A stretch of DNA of 59,454 bases, taken from contig JANPLU010000115.1 of assembly GCA_031422435.1 (NCBI GenBank), positions 1-59,454 on the forward strand, written 5' to 3'. Origin of the DNA: Acaryochloridaceae cyanobacterium VAR_48_metabat_390. Its GTDB lineage: Bacteria > Cyanobacteriota > Cyanobacteriia > Thermosynechococcales > Thermosynechococcaceae. A program made the translations under genes and the position numbers. The notes under the pieces were generated by a model. That model was not told the origin of the DNA and ran no database searches. It was given only the letters and a program-made list of their open reading frames with translations. Positions 19,977 to 30,590 of the stretch are shown in pieces; within the stretch, counting starts at the first letter, position 1, and every line of letters starts with the position of its first letter.

Positions 19977-21428
19977 CTAAACTTCCTTAGGACTATGCTT
20001 ATACCACTCTGTTGCCTGCTCATAAGCATAGGCGGTTTGCAATACTAGATCTTCGCGCAGTACATTGCCAATAATTTGTAGACCAATTGGCAACCCCTCA
20101 GCATCGAACCCACAAGGTAAACTTAATCCTGGCAGTCCTGCTAAATTGACCGGAATCGTCATTAAGTCAGATAGGTACATGCTGATGGGATCTGCGGTTT
20201 TCTCCCCAGCCTTAAAAGCCGTGGTGGGGGCGGTAGGGCACACCAACACATCAACAGACTCAAACGCTGCTTCAAAATCTTGCTTAATCAAAGTGCGGAC
20301 TTTTTGCGCTTTGAGGTAATAGGCATCGTAATACCCCGCCGAGAGCGCATAGGTACCAATCATTATCCGTCGCTTGACCTCAGCACCAAACCCTTGGGCG
20401 CGGGTTTGGGTATACATCGACAGTAAACTCTCCGCATTTTCTGCACGGAACCCATACTTTACGCCATCGTAGCGAGCGAGGTTTGCTGAAGCCTCAGAGG
20501 GCGCAATGACATAGTAAGTGGGCAACCCATACCGGAAGCGGGGACAGGAAATCTCCTGAATTTCAGCGCCCAATTCTTTAAGCTGCTGAATGGCCTTCTG
20601 CACGGCTTGCGCCACCACGCTATCTAGCCCTTCACCAAAGGTTTCGGTAATCACCCCGACTTTCTTGCCCTTGAGGTCTGGGATAAGAAACTTTGTGTAA
20701 TCGGGGATTTCAACCTTTAGGCTCGTGGAATCTTTGGGGTCGTGTCCGGCGATCGCCCCCAGTAAAATCGCGGCATCTTCCACACTGCGTCCAAAGGGGC
20801 CAATCTGATCTAGCGAAGAAGCATAGGCCACTAGCCCAAACCGCGAAACTAAACCATAGGTTGGCTTAAGACCCACCACTCCACAAAAAGAAGCAGGCTG
20901 ACGAATAGAGCCACCTGTATCAGAACCCAGCGCCACCACGCATTCATTTGCAGCCACTGCCGCTGCCGAACCACCGGAAGACCCACCTGGTACCCGTGTG
21001 ATATCCCAAGGGTTTGCTGTCACCTGATAGGCTGAATTTTCTGTAGAGCTGCCCATCGCAAACTCATCAAGGTTGGTTTTGCCCACCATAACGGCACCTG
21101 CCGCCGCCAGCTTTTGCGTGACGGTGGATTCGTAAGGGGGCATAAAATTTTTCAACATGGCAGAGCCGCAGGTCGTGCGAATCCCCTTAGTGCAGAGATT
21201 GTCTTTAATGCCAGTCGGGATGCCTGCGAGGAGTCCAATGGGTTCACCTGCGGCGATCTGAGCATCCACTCGCTGCGCTTGGGCTAATGCCTGATCTGCT
21301 GTAATCGCCAAAAAGCTATGGAGTTTGGGTTCTAATTGGTGAATGCGCTCTAGTGCCTCTTGAGTAATTTCTGTTGCCGTGCGCGCTTTACTCACCAATT
21401 GTTGGTGCAACTCCCGAAGGGAAGCCAT
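19977..21428 (-). CDS. gatA: Glu-tRNA(Gln) amidotransferase subunit A
   Basis: [34 protein letters not shown]. Confidence 0.97.
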   Translation of the reverse strand: MASLRELHQQLVSKARTATEITQEALERIHQLEPKLHSFLAITADQALAQAQRVDAQIAAGEPIGLLAGIPTGIKDNLCTKGIRTTCGSAMLKNFMPPYESTVTQKLAAAGAVMVGKTNLDEFAMGSSTENSAYQVTANPWDITRVPGGSSGGSAAAVAANECVVALGSDTGGSIRQPASFCGVVGLKPTYGLVSRFGLVAYASSLDQIGPFGRSVEDAAILLGAIAGHDPKDSTSLKVEIPDYTKFLIPDLKGKKVGVITETFGEGLDSVVAQAVQKAIQQLKELGAEIQEISCPRFRYGLPTYYVIAPSEASANLARYDGVKYGFRAENAESLLSMYTQTRAQGFGAEVKRRIMIGTYALSAGYYDAYYLKAQKVRTLIKQDFEAAFESVDVLVCPTAPTTAFKAGEKTADPISMYLSDLMTIPVNLAGLPGLSLPCGFDAEGLPIGLQIIGNVLREDLVLQTAYAYEQATEWYKHSPKEV

Positions 21429-21530
21429 GCAGCAGATCCTTTTTTACGTAACGACTAGGGTAAAGCCCCTAAGGCACTCTCCCTCTGTCAGTTTATCGGA
21501 TTGCCGTAGAAACAATGTAAATTGCTTTGT

Positions 21531-23312
21531 CTACCCAGCAAAATCTATCCCTAGCCACCCTTGAAACAGTTCTTTTTGCGCGGCTGTAGGCTGAGCTACA
21601 GGCTGTAACGTCCAGCGATTCGGTAACGGTTCGCCCAACGTGACAGCATATTCGCGCAGCATATCCTGATGGAATACTGTGATTGAGAGAGATTCTCTAG
21701 GCTGGTAGTGCTGTAGACGATCATTAAGCTGATCGGCACTGACGCGGAAATGGGCGGACTCTTGGTGCGAAGCTATCGCCAGCAGTTCATCCCCTGGCTC
21801 AATGCCTCCCTGCTCTGCGGGAGAACCCGCTTCAACGAACTTGATAATGGCTGCACCATGCTCGGGTTTGACCGTTAACCCGAGATAGGGCGCTGGATTG
21901 GAGACTTCGGCTTTGAGTGTTAGACCAAAAGGAGCCAGTATTTCATCAAAGGGTAGCTCTGCTGTGCCGTCGATGTAGCTTACCCAGAAGGGGGTTAAGT
22001 CCATCTCTGCCACAGATTCAAAGATGGCCTTGAGCTGGTCGCGGGTAAAGCCTACTTCCGGCTGACCAAACTGTTGCCAAAGCTGCCGCATTACGTCATC
22101 GAGCGATCGCCGATTCTGGTGCTGGGCGCGGATGAGCAAATCTAGCAGAAACGATACCAGCTCACCCTTGAGATAGTAAGAGACTTGGGCATTACGGCTA
22201 TTGGCATCGGGGCGATACAGCTTAATCCAAGCATCAAAGCTAGATTCGCTCACGGGCTGCACTTTACGGCCTGAGATGGTTTGAAGCTGCGTGATGGCCT
22301 CACTTACTTTGTTGAGGTAGCATTTGGCATCGTAAATACCAGCGCGTAGCGGAATTACTAAGTCGTAAAAACTGGTGGTGCCTTCACAAAACCAGAGCGA
22401 GTCGGTGTAGTTTTCTTGGTCGTAGTCAAATACCTCTAGCCCTTTAGGACGAATGCGTTTAACGTTCCAAAGATGGAAAAATTCGTGGGCGACTAGGCTC
22501 ATAAATTTTTGGTAGCCGTCTTCAGATTGCAGACCAAACCGCGAGTAAATGAGTGAGCAAGCCGATTTATGCTCTAGGCCACCGTAAGCATTGGCGCTTA
22601 GGTGCAACAAAAATAAGTAGCGATCGTAGGGTAGCCCTTCAAAAAGCGCCGCTTCGGTTTCGATGATTTTTGTGGTGTCCGCCAGCAATCGTTCAATATT
22701 TAGGTTCCCTTCTCCCCAAATAGCCCACTGGTGAGGCTTGCCCAACACTTCAAAGTCGTAGAGGGCGTGGGTGCCTATTTCAAAGGGGCTATCTACTAAC
22801 TCATCAAAGTTTGCGGCAATAAAGGTATTCGATTGAGATGTAGCAGGTAGCGGTGTGGAAATATGCCAGTTTGAAGGAGGGATGATGGTGAGGGCGATTT
22901 TTGTGCTTTCATACTCTGGCACCCGAAAAAACATAGCGGCGGGGTTAAAGTACCCGTGGGTAAGATCAAGATGATTGGTGCGAACCGTCAGTTCGTTGGC
23001 AAAAATTTTGTACTGAATCGTAATATTTGAGGTGCCCTGAGCCTCGACCTGCCAATGATTTTTGCTGACCTTATGCCAAGACAGTGAGCGTCCCTGTCCA
23101 TCTAATGCGGTAAAGCCCTGAAGGTGTCTGACGTACTCTCGCACCAGATAGGAACCTGGCGTCCACACCGGAAATTTGAGATCTAGCACGTCGGTAGCCC
23201 AACCCTGAATTTCAAAGCTCACTTCAAACAGATGGTTGGTGGGTTGGGGTAGGGCGACGGTGTAGTTGAAAGAAGGGGCGATCGCTGGTGTGGAGGAAAG
23301 CGCTGGTGACAT
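21531..23312 (-). CDS. M61 family metallopeptidase with PDZ domain
   Basis: PVWTPGSY, GGLEH, HEFFHLWN, WFCEGTT, YYLKG; C-terminal PDZ. Confidence 0.92.
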   Translation of the reverse strand: MSPALSSTPAIAPSFNYTVALPQPTNHLFEVSFEIQGWATDVLDLKFPVWTPGSYLVREYVRHLQGFTALDGQGRSLSWHKVSKNHWQVEAQGTSNITIQYKIFANELTVRTNHLDLTHGYFNPAAMFFRVPEYESTKIALTIIPPSNWHISTPLPATSQSNTFIAANFDELVDSPFEIGTHALYDFEVLGKPHQWAIWGEGNLNIERLLADTTKIIETEAALFEGLPYDRYLFLLHLSANAYGGLEHKSACSLIYSRFGLQSEDGYQKFMSLVAHEFFHLWNVKRIRPKGLEVFDYDQENYTDSLWFCEGTTSFYDLVIPLRAGIYDAKCYLNKVSEAITQLQTISGRKVQPVSESSFDAWIKLYRPDANSRNAQVSYYLKGELVSFLLDLLIRAQHQNRRSLDDVMRQLWQQFGQPEVGFTRDQLKAIFESVAEMDLTPFWVSYIDGTAELPFDEILAPFGLTLKAEVSNPAPYLGLTVKPEHGAAIIKFVEAGSPAEQGGIEPGDELLAIASHQESAHFRVSADQLNDRLQHYQPRESLSITVFHQDMLREYAVTLGEPLPNRWTLQPVAQPTAAQKELFQGWLGIDFAG

Positions 23313-23380
23313 AGGGAAGATTCCTGAAAGGTTGCAGGGATGGGTATAGCTATTATCGCTATCCGCTGATGTGTGGATCG

Positions 23381-26300
23381 TTATCCTGGATGCTGAGCTT
23401 CAATCACCCCTTCGGCTTGGTTGACGATCGCTCTCAATCTCTCCAACATCTGCGCATCAACCTTCTCCCATAACCCGCGCTGGTTTGCTTCTAGCAGCCG
23501 CTCTGCCATATCTCGCAAGGCCCAAGGGTTACTGCGTGTAATGAAATCTTGTACCGCTGGGTCAAAGAGGTAGGCTTCGGCAACACCCTGGTACATAAAA
23601 TCTGCAACGCAGTGGGTAGTGGCATCGTAGCCAAACAGAAAGTCTACCGTTGCCGCCATTTCAAATGCGCCTTTGTAACCGTGGCGCATCACGCCTTCAA
23701 TCCATTTGGGATTCACTACTCTAGAGCGGTAAACGCGGCTGATTTCTTCGGTGAGTTTGCGGACTTTCGGCTGCATGGTGCGGGAGTTATCACCAAAGTA
23801 AACTTCGGGGGTAGTGTCTGAGACGGCTCGTACCGCTGCCGTCATGCCGCCCTGGAACTGGTAGTAGTCGTCGGAGTCAAGTAGGTCGTGTTCGCGGTTG
23901 TCTTGGTTTTGAAGCACCACCTGTAGGGTGCCGAGCCTTTGGGTAAAGGCTTCGGGGGCAGATTTACCTTCGGCTTTAGCGGTGTAGGCGTAGGCGCTCC
24001 AGTTGATGTAGGCGCGGGCAAGGTCGGCTTCGCTTTCCCAGTTTTGGGCGGCAATTAAGCCCTGGAGTCCGGCTCCGTAGGCAGAAGGCTTGGAGCCGAA
24101 GATTCGGTAGCGCGATCGCACTTCTGCCTCTCCTTCATCCAATCCCTCTGCCATCCAACGCAGGGTTTCTTGACGAGACTGTGCGGCTAGCGGATTTTGA
24201 TCGGCGGGTTCATCTAGACTAGCGACGGCGTTAACGGCACTGTCAAATAGATCAATCAGGTTGGGGAAGGCATCACGGAAAAAACCAGAAATTCTGAGGG
24301 TCACGTCTACACGGGGGCGGCCTAAAATCGACAGCGGCAAAATCTCAAAATCGACCACCCGTCGCGATATACCATCCCAGACGGGCTGCACGCCGATTAG
24401 CGCAAGGGCTTCAGCAAGGTCATCGCCGCCTGTGCGCATGGTGGCAGTGCCCCAGATCGAAAGCCCTAGGGTTTTGGGATATTCGCCATTGTCTTGGGTG
24501 TAGCGCTCCACTAGGGTTTCGGCAGCTTTGCGACCAATATCCCAAGCCGTTTCGGTGGGGATGGCGCGGATGTCTACTGAGTAAAAGTTGCGTCCAGTGG
24601 GGAGGACTTCGGGTCGGCCTCGGGTAGGTGCGCCGGAGGCACCGCTGGCGATGTATTGTCCATCTAGTCCGCGTAGAAGGTTGGTGAGTTCTTGATCGGT
24701 TTGGCGAAGGGCGGGGAGGAGGCGCTCGTTGATCCAGGTGAGTTCTGGGTGGGTGTGGGTGCCGTATGGATTACCCTCACCCCCAGCCCCTCTCCCTTGG
24801 GAGAGGGGAGCCAGACTTAGCCCTTCTCCTTTGGGAGAAGGGTTGGGATGAGGGGCTAAGGTTGGCGCAACGCATGCAGATCCTAGAATCAGATTCTCAA
24901 CCAGTTCTGCCGCATACGCTTCTAGCACCTCAACTGCATCGCCAATGGTGCGGCAATTTTGAAGATGAGGATGCTGTAACGCTTCCAATGGTTCGCCTAG
25001 TTCTGCGGTGAGGGGGTCTAGATCAAGCTGCCAATCCAATGCGATCGCCCTGGTCAATCCCATCCGTCCAGCATTGGGGTTACGAGCGATCGCCACCACC
25101 AAATCCCGCAATTGCCGTCCTTCGGGACAATGTCCAAACACATGCAGCCCATCGCGAATTTGAGCTTCTTTGAGTTCGCAGAGATAGCCGTCTGCGCTGG
25201 TGAGAACGGCGGCAATTTTCTCGTCTGAGAGTTCGCTGTCAAATCCTAGATCTTGGTGCAGGTTTTCTTGACGGATCAGTTTTACAAGGCGATCGCGCAC
25301 CAATCCCACTCGGCCTGGATCGAGGGTTTGGGCTTCGTAATACTCATCAATCAATCCCTCAAGCTGATGGAGGCTGCCGTAGAGTTCCGCGCGGGTCATG
25401 GGGGGCGTGAGATGGTCTAAGATGACGGCCTGCGATCGCCGTTTCGCCTGAGATCCTTCCCCAGGATCGTTGACGATAAACGGGTACAGGTGAGGCATTG
25501 CGCCAAACACGGCTTCAGGATAGCAGTTTTCTGAAAGCGCTACGCTTTTACCAGGGAGCCATTCTAGGTTGCCATGTTTGCCTACATGCACCACCGCATT
25601 TGCCCCAAACTGTTCACTGACCCAGTGATAAAACGCTAGGTAGGGGTGAGGTGGCTCTAGGTCGGGGGCATGGTAGTTGAGGCTGGGGTCACGGTCGTAG
25701 CCACGGGCAGGTTGAATGCCGACAAACACATTGCCAAACTGAATCCCTGCGATCGCAAAGGTCGCCTCTTCAGATTTGCCCCAGCGGGTTTCAATCCCAG
25801 TCTGGACGGCGGTAGGCAAGGTGGCAAAATGGGCTTGATAGGTTTCTTTCGATAAAGACTGCCGTACCGTTCGCAGTTCCAGCGCCTCAGGATCGTTGGT
25901 CACGCCTTGGGTAAGTGCCTGCATAAGCGCGTCGCTGCTGGCTGGGATATCGCCTACTTCATAGCCTTCAGCCTTTAGCGTCTTAAGAATTTCAAGACAG
26001 CTTGCGGGGGTATCAAGTCCTACGCCGTTTGCCAGTCGTCCATCGCGGTTGGGATAGTTTGCCAAAATGAGGGCAACCCTACGTTGAGTGACGGGGGTTT
26101 GGCGGAGTTTGACCCAGTTGGCTGCGAGTTTTGCGACGAAGTTAATGCGCGATCGCTCGGGTTCGTACACCACTACATCGGTTTGCAGGGCAGCGTTTTG
26201 AGCCTGAACTGTCTTAAACGAAACGGCTCGCGTAATAATGCGCCCATCTACTTCCGGCAGCGCTACATTCATTGCCATGTCTCGCGGCGTTAGCCCTTGG

Positions 26301-27190
26301 GCGCTGCCTTCCCACATTTCTCGGGAGCCGCCGCTAAAAATAACCTGAAAGACAGGCACATTCAGCGTTTCCCACAGATCGACTTGGGGCGTATCGGTTT
26401 CTAAGCTGGCTAAAGAAAAGCTGGTGGTGTTGAGCATCACCTCCACCCCTTGACGGCAGTAGTGGATCAGCTCTTTCTGTACATCCGGCTCTTTAAGGGA
26501 AGATACAAAAATGGGGACGGGCGTTAAGCCCTGCTCAATCAGCGCCTCGCAAAGCTCATCAATGGCTGCGGTATTGCCCGAAAGGTAGTGCGCTCGGTAA
26601 AAGAGGATGCCTGCGCCAGAGGTTACGGGCTGGTCAAGGTTTCCCCCATAAATGCCCACGCGGAGGACGGGTTGCGGGGTCTGGTACGCAACGGGATGAT
26701 CTAAAAACTGTGCTGCAATAAACTTCAGCAGATTTTGATAGTTCTCAATCCCAGCCTCAATGAAATACTGCCAAACTCGGTTCACCACATTCAGCGCCGC
26801 CGTAGAATGGCTAACCAGCGTGGGGTCAGGCCGTTCATCTCCAGGCAGCACAATCAGGGTTGCGCCCGTTTGTTTTGCAGTTTCTTCAACCACATCTAGC
26901 CCATAGCTCCAGTAAGACTGCCCCCCAATGAGGCGCACGATAATGATCTGCGCTTGGCTGAGAACGTCTTCGGCGTAGGTATCAATGGTCAACTGCTGCT
27001 GAAGCTGAAGCAGGTTTACCACTCGCACGGCTGGGAACCCTTCAGGAAGCTGAGCCGCTGCGGCTGCTAGAGTTTGGATATCAGTATCCGCTGCGGTAAT
27101 GACGACAATGGGCGCAGGCTGCTGCTCGACAAAAATAACGCCATCGGCGGCGGGGTTCCAGCCGCCAGGGATAGTAGCTAGACGATGCAT
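23381..27190 (-). CDS. cobN: cobaltochelatase subunit CobN
   Basis: MHRLA start, PEVDGRI, GKHGNLEWLPGK, LPTGRNFY, HGYKGA. Confidence 0.96.
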   Translation of the reverse strand: MHRLATIPGGWNPAADGVIFVEQQPAPIVVITAADTDIQTLAAAAAQLPEGFPAVRVVNLLQLQQQLTIDTYAEDVLSQAQIIIVRLIGGQSYWSYGLDVVEETAKQTGATLIVLPGDERPDPTLVSHSTAALNVVNRVWQYFIEAGIENYQNLLKFIAAQFLDHPVAYQTPQPVLRVGIYGGNLDQPVTSGAGILFYRAHYLSGNTAAIDELCEALIEQGLTPVPIFVSSLKEPDVQKELIHYCRQGVEVMLNTTSFSLASLETDTPQVDLWETLNVPVFQVIFSGGSREMWEGSAQGLTPRDMAMNVALPEVDGRIITRAVSFKTVQAQNAALQTDVVVYEPERSRINFVAKLAANWVKLRQTPVTQRRVALILANYPNRDGRLANGVGLDTPASCLEILKTLKAEGYEVGDIPASSDALMQALTQGVTNDPEALELRTVRQSLSKETYQAHFATLPTAVQTGIETRWGKSEEATFAIAGIQFGNVFVGIQPARGYDRDPSLNYHAPDLEPPHPYLAFYHWVSEQFGANAVVHVGKHGNLEWLPGKSVALSENCYPEAVFGAMPHLYPFIVNDPGEGSQAKRRSQAVILDHLTPPMTRAELYGSLHQLEGLIDEYYEAQTLDPGRVGLVRDRLVKLIRQENLHQDLGFDSELSDEKIAAVLTSADGYLCELKEAQIRDGLHVFGHCPEGRQLRDLVVAIARNPNAGRMGLTRAIALDWQLDLDPLTAELGEPLEALQHPHLQNCRTIGDAVEVLEAYAAELVENLILGSACVAPTLAPHPNPSPKGEGLSLAPLSQGRGAGGEGNPYGTHTHPELTWINERLLPALRQTDQELTNLLRGLDGQYIASGASGAPTRGRPEVLPTGRNFYSVDIRAIPTETAWDIGRKAAETLVERYTQDNGEYPKTLGLSIWGTATMRTGGDDLAEALALIGVQPVWDGISRRVVDFEILPLSILGRPRVDVTLRISGFFRDAFPNLIDLFDSAVNAVASLDEPADQNPLAAQSRQETLRWMAEGLDEGEAEVRSRYRIFGSKPSAYGAGLQGLIAAQNWESEADLARAYINWSAYAYTAKAEGKSAPEAFTQRLGTLQVVLQNQDNREHDLLDSDDYYQFQGGMTAAVRAVSDTTPEVYFGDNSRTMQPKVRKLTEEISRVYRSRVVNPKWIEGVMRHGYKGAFEMAATVDFLFGYDATTHCVADFMYQGVAEAYLFDPAVQDFITRSNPWALRDMAERLLEANQRGLWEKVDAQMLERLRAIVNQAEGVIEAQHPG
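24774..24854. repeat. 81-nt double-hairpin palindromic element inserted in frame in cobN
   Basis: CCCTCACCCCCAG-CCCCTCTCCC-tt-GGGAGAGGGG...CCCTTCTCC-tttg-GGAGAAGGG-TTGGGATGAGGG; related copy at 33961-33999. Confidence 0.8.
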
Positions 27191-27232
27191 GGCGCTCTGG
27201 GGTGATGGGCAATGGCTCCCATTATTACAGGT

Positions 27233-28765
27233 CTACTGAATGCGATCCAAGGTTCGGTACTGCACGGCTTCAGCGATGTGGTTGACCTGCATGGCCTCAG
27301 AATTGGCTAAATCTGCGATCGTCCGTCCCACCTTCAAAATCCGATCCGTCGCCCGTGCCGATAGCCCCAAGCGCTGAATCGCCGCTTCTAAAAGCTGCCG
27401 CGATGCATCATCAAGATGGCACCACTGTCGCAAATGACGGCTCTGCATTTGGGCATTGCAGTAAAGCTGCGGCTCCTCCTTAAAGCGATCGCTTGCCATC
27501 TGCCGACCCGCTAACACCCGCTCTCGCACAAACTGTGACGGTTCCCCTTCGCTCACTTGGGTTAACTCCGAGGGCTTAAGACGACTCACGCTCACCTGTA
27601 AATCAATGCGATCCATCAGCGGCCCTGAAAGCTTTGCCCAGTAAGATTCTCGCTGACGCGGCGAGCAAGAGCAGGCTTGAATGGTATCGCCAAAATAGCC
27701 GCAGGGACAGGGGTTGGTACTGGCAACCAGCGTAAACTGTGCCGGAAACGTAACGGATTGCCGCGTTCTAGAAATATTGACAAACCCATCTTCTAGGGGC
27801 TGTCGCAGAAATTCTAGAACGTCGCGCTTAAATTCGGTTAGCTCATCCAAAAATAAGATCCCATGATGCGCCAGAGAAATTTCACCAGGTCGAGGAAAGC
27901 TGCCACCACCGACTAACGCAGGGCCAGACGCAGAATGGTGAGGACTCCGAAACGGTCGAGAACGAATTAAAGTACCTCGCTCTTTGAGCAGCCCCGCAAC
28001 GGAATAGAGTTTCGTGACTTCTAGTGCCTCATTCAGGCTTAAGGTAGGCAAAATAGTGGGTAAACGCCTTGCCAGCATGGTTTTACCGCTACCTGGTGGC
28101 CCAACAAAAACCAAGTTATGTCCCCCTGCGGCGGCAATCTCCAGGGCGCGTCTGGCGTGGGCTTGCCCTTTGACATCTTTAAGATCGAGCGCCGTATGGA
28201 GCGCTTCTTCGCCAATGGCTTGGGGTTCTGCTGCGGTGAAGGGCGCTACGGCTTCTGGCTGGTGCAAAAAGTCTACGACCTGAGCCACCGTTTCAAATCC
28301 ATACACTTTTAGCCCCGAAACCACAGCCGCTTCGTGGGCATTGGCATGGGGTACAACAATCCCCTTAAAGCCCAGCTTGAGCGCCGTTGCCGCAATGGGC
28401 AGTACGCCACTCACTGGGTGCAGCACCCCATCGAGAGAAACTTCGCCTAAAAACAAAAAATCTTCGAGATGCGTCAGATTGAGCTGATCAGATGCCGCTA
28501 AGATGCCCAGGCCAATAGGTAAATCAAAGCTGGGGCCTTCTTTGCGCAGGTCAGCAGGCATAAGATTAATGACCACCCGCCGCATGGGGAAGGCATACCC
28601 AGAGTTGCGGAGCGCTGCCCGTACCCGTTCTCTCGATTCTTGAACGGCGGTATCTGGTAAACCCACAATGACGATGCCCGGAAGCCCACCGGATACGTCT
28701 ACCTCAACGCCGACGCGAATGGCATTAATACCAAGAAGAGAAGCGCTCCAAATCCGAGCAAGCAT
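27233..28765 (-). CDS. comM: YifB/ComM family Mg-chelatase-like AAA+ ATPase
   Basis: GLPDTAVQESRERV, GPPGSGKT, PFRSPHH, PGEISLAH, NPCPCG; ATG at 28765 preferred. Confidence 0.92.
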   Translation of the reverse strand: MLARIWSASLLGINAIRVGVEVDVSGGLPGIVIVGLPDTAVQESRERVRAALRNSGYAFPMRRVVINLMPADLRKEGPSFDLPIGLGILAASDQLNLTHLEDFLFLGEVSLDGVLHPVSGVLPIAATALKLGFKGIVVPHANAHEAAVVSGLKVYGFETVAQVVDFLHQPEAVAPFTAAEPQAIGEEALHTALDLKDVKGQAHARRALEIAAAGGHNLVFVGPPGSGKTMLARRLPTILPTLSLNEALEVTKLYSVAGLLKERGTLIRSRPFRSPHHSASGPALVGGGSFPRPGEISLAHHGILFLDELTEFKRDVLEFLRQPLEDGFVNISRTRQSVTFPAQFTLVASTNPCPCGYFGDTIQACSCSPRQRESYWAKLSGPLMDRIDLQVSVSRLKPSELTQVSEGEPSQFVRERVLAGRQMASDRFKEEPQLYCNAQMQSRHLRQWCHLDDASRQLLEAAIQRLGLSARATDRILKVGRTIADLANSEAMQVNHIAEAVQYRTLDRIQ

Positions 28766-28896
28766 GGGCGATCGCAACGTTAAATGAATTGGTTACACCA
28801 TAGCCTATGTTTTGGCTGATAATGCTTTCTAGAGAGGATATTCACTCGTTTTGAAGTAATGTGGCCTCATGCCCTTCAATCGACAGTGCTTAACCC

Positions 28897-29445
28897 ATGT
28901 TTTTATCTCTATTACGCCCTATGGTCTGTAGCTTTGCAGGTTTAATTCTAGCGGTTTTAGCCTTTCCGCCATCGACTCAATTGGCGAACTTTTGGGGCGT
29001 GGCGATCGCCACGCCCAAGTTAAGCGTAGCTCAGCAAAAAAATTGCCCACTCATCAAAAGCGTTTACCGCGCCATTAGCAAACCTGACTTTGAACTGATG
29101 TTTGGCGCAAGCAAAAGCGGCATCGCCACTGAAGTTGCGGCCTTTACACTAAAGCACAAAACACGGGGTAATATCGTCAGCTACAACCTCGGCGGAAGCA
29201 TGGGCTACGGCAGCTTATACGTTACACCAGTGGGGCAAAAAACGGAGAGTGATGCAGTCGAGAAGTTAAAGCCCTACTTTTTTGACGGCAACTGGAAAAA
29301 TATTAATGGCATTACCAATCCGGCTCCCCGATATTTCTTTGTAGCGGGTCTTGGCTTAGAAGACTGGTACTCTGAGCGTAAGGAAAATCGGACTCAGTCT
29401 TTAGGCGATGTAATGTGGCAATTTGAACGATGCCAACTGCAATAA
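28897..29445 (+). CDS. hypothetical exported protein
   Basis: Hydrophobic N-terminus; 182 aa ORF. Confidence 0.65.
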   Translation: MFLSLLRPMVCSFAGLILAVLAFPPSTQLANFWGVAIATPKLSVAQQKNCPLIKSVYRAISKPDFELMFGASKSGIATEVAAFTLKHKTRGNIVSYNLGGSMGYGSLYVTPVGQKTESDAVEKLKPYFFDGNWKNINGITNPAPRYFFVAGLGLEDWYSERKENRTQSLGDVMWQFERCQLQ

Positions 29446-29618
29446 CTTCTCATTATTGGTCGAATTGATTTGTCAGGGTAATGGCAATGAATTGCATCTT
29501 TAATCAACTCGCGTAGTTCTTTAATAGTGTCAGCCTGAGTAAAAATAGATTCACCAATTGCTCTAGCTATATAACCCCCCTCAGGGTCAGATTCAACTAA
29601 AAAGATAATTTCTGTCAT
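29394..29618 (-). pseudogene. HicB-like antitoxin, probably frameshifted or truncated at the 3' end
   Basis: EIIFLVE..PEGGYIARA...IFTQAD..ELRELIKDAI pattern; C-terminus runs about 50 nt into the convergent gene. Confidence 0.55.
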
Positions 29619-29630
29619 ACTACTTTTTCC

Positions 29631-29696
29631 TCAGCTTATTTTCATTGCTTCATCAATTTTAAGAAATAATTCTAAGAGAAGGGAGCAACTACAAAT
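29631..29696 (-). pseudogene. probable 5' remnant of a HEPN/DUF86 toxin gene
   Basis: Frame overlapping the MNT stop reads ...SLLLELFLKIDEAMKIS*, resembling DUF86 N-termini (from memory). Confidence 0.45.
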
Positions 29697-29988
29697 AAAT
29701 GGCTTCCTGGTCTATTCTCACTTTTAAGTAATTGTTCATGCCATGCCAATAGCGAATTACATCAACTTTTTTGCCCAAAAGTAATTCTAGTTCTGCTTTA
29801 AGGCTGATACGTTTTAAAAGGTCGGGTGTCATGTCTACGACGATATCAACATCACTTTCGCTGTGGGCTTCGATGCGTGCCACAGAACCAAATATCCCAA
29901 TACGGGTTACGCCGTAGCGTTGTTCAAGTTCGGGTTTTAGATGGCGCAATTTTTTGATTACATCATTGCCTATTATGGTTTCGCTCAT
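29689..29988 (-). CDS. minimal nucleotidyltransferase (MNT) antitoxin
   Basis: YGVTRIGIFGSVAR...SDVDIVV...LGKKVDV. Confidence 0.9.
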   Translation of the reverse strand: MSETIIGNDVIKKLRHLKPELEQRYGVTRIGIFGSVARIEAHSESDVDIVVDMTPDLLKRISLKAELELLLGKKVDVIRYWHGMNNYLKVRIDQEAIYL

Positions 29989-30148
29989 TGAGTTTGACTC
30001 CTTAAATTATTTATTACAGTATGAGTAGGCAAACTGAATTAACTATAAAACGGGTTCTGGCTCCGAGTTCGACTGAGTGTTCATGCTGAAGTGTGAACCG
30101 CAAAGTTGAAACCCAGACCCCATTGGTCATTTAATTATGCCCATCTAC

Positions 30149-30343
30149 TTAAGATGCAAGAAGTGTGGCGATCGCCTCTTGGGACATAAGCTGTCGAAAG
30201 TCTAAAATTTCCACTAAAACGAGCTTGTCATTATGGGAAAAATGCAAAATGACGGCTCCTTCTTCTTCAGCATAGGCAATTGAATCGTTAGAAAGTTCAA
30301 TTAAGAGTGCATCGGCATCTTTGCTATAGCTAATCTTTTTCAT
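30149..30343 (-). CDS. DUF2283 family putative antitoxin
   Basis: ISYSKDADALLI...LVLVEILD pattern; overlaps the upstream toxin-like ORF. Confidence 0.8.
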   Translation of the reverse strand: MKKISYSKDADALLIELSNDSIAYAEEEGAVILHFSHNDKLVLVEILDFRQLMSQEAIATLLAS

Positions 30344-30590
30344 ATCTAGATTTCTTCCCAGGATAAAGTGTGATGATAAAAATAAATGTGCTGAATTCTC
30401 GATAGACGACTCGAAGTACTAAGTTTTTATCTAATTGTTTCTGTGCAATCAGTTTATTTTCTTCTCTGGCTTCCAGTTTCTCAGGGAATCTTACGGTTTC
30501 TATTACAAAGGCTGGATCAATGGGTAATTCATGGTTAGCTAAAATCTCTATTTTTAATTGAGCATGATCGCTAAAACGAATTTCTTTCAT
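30330..30590 (-). CDS. DUF4258 (RelE/BrnT-like) putative toxin
   Basis: IRFSDHA...LRVVY...IITLYP...RY pattern. Confidence 0.75.
   Translation of the reverse strand: MKEIRFSDHAQLKIEILANHELPIDPAFVIETVRFPEKLEAREENKLIAQKQLDKNLVLRVVYREFSTFIFIITLYPGKKSRYEKD

Noticed and set aside
27191..27232. Cobalamin riboswitch upstream of cobN
   Set aside because: Only 42 nt separate comM and cobN, and no B12-box is visible
27233..28765. comM interrupted by a mobile element, as in other bacteria
   Set aside because: The reading frame is intact; the island begins beyond the next gene
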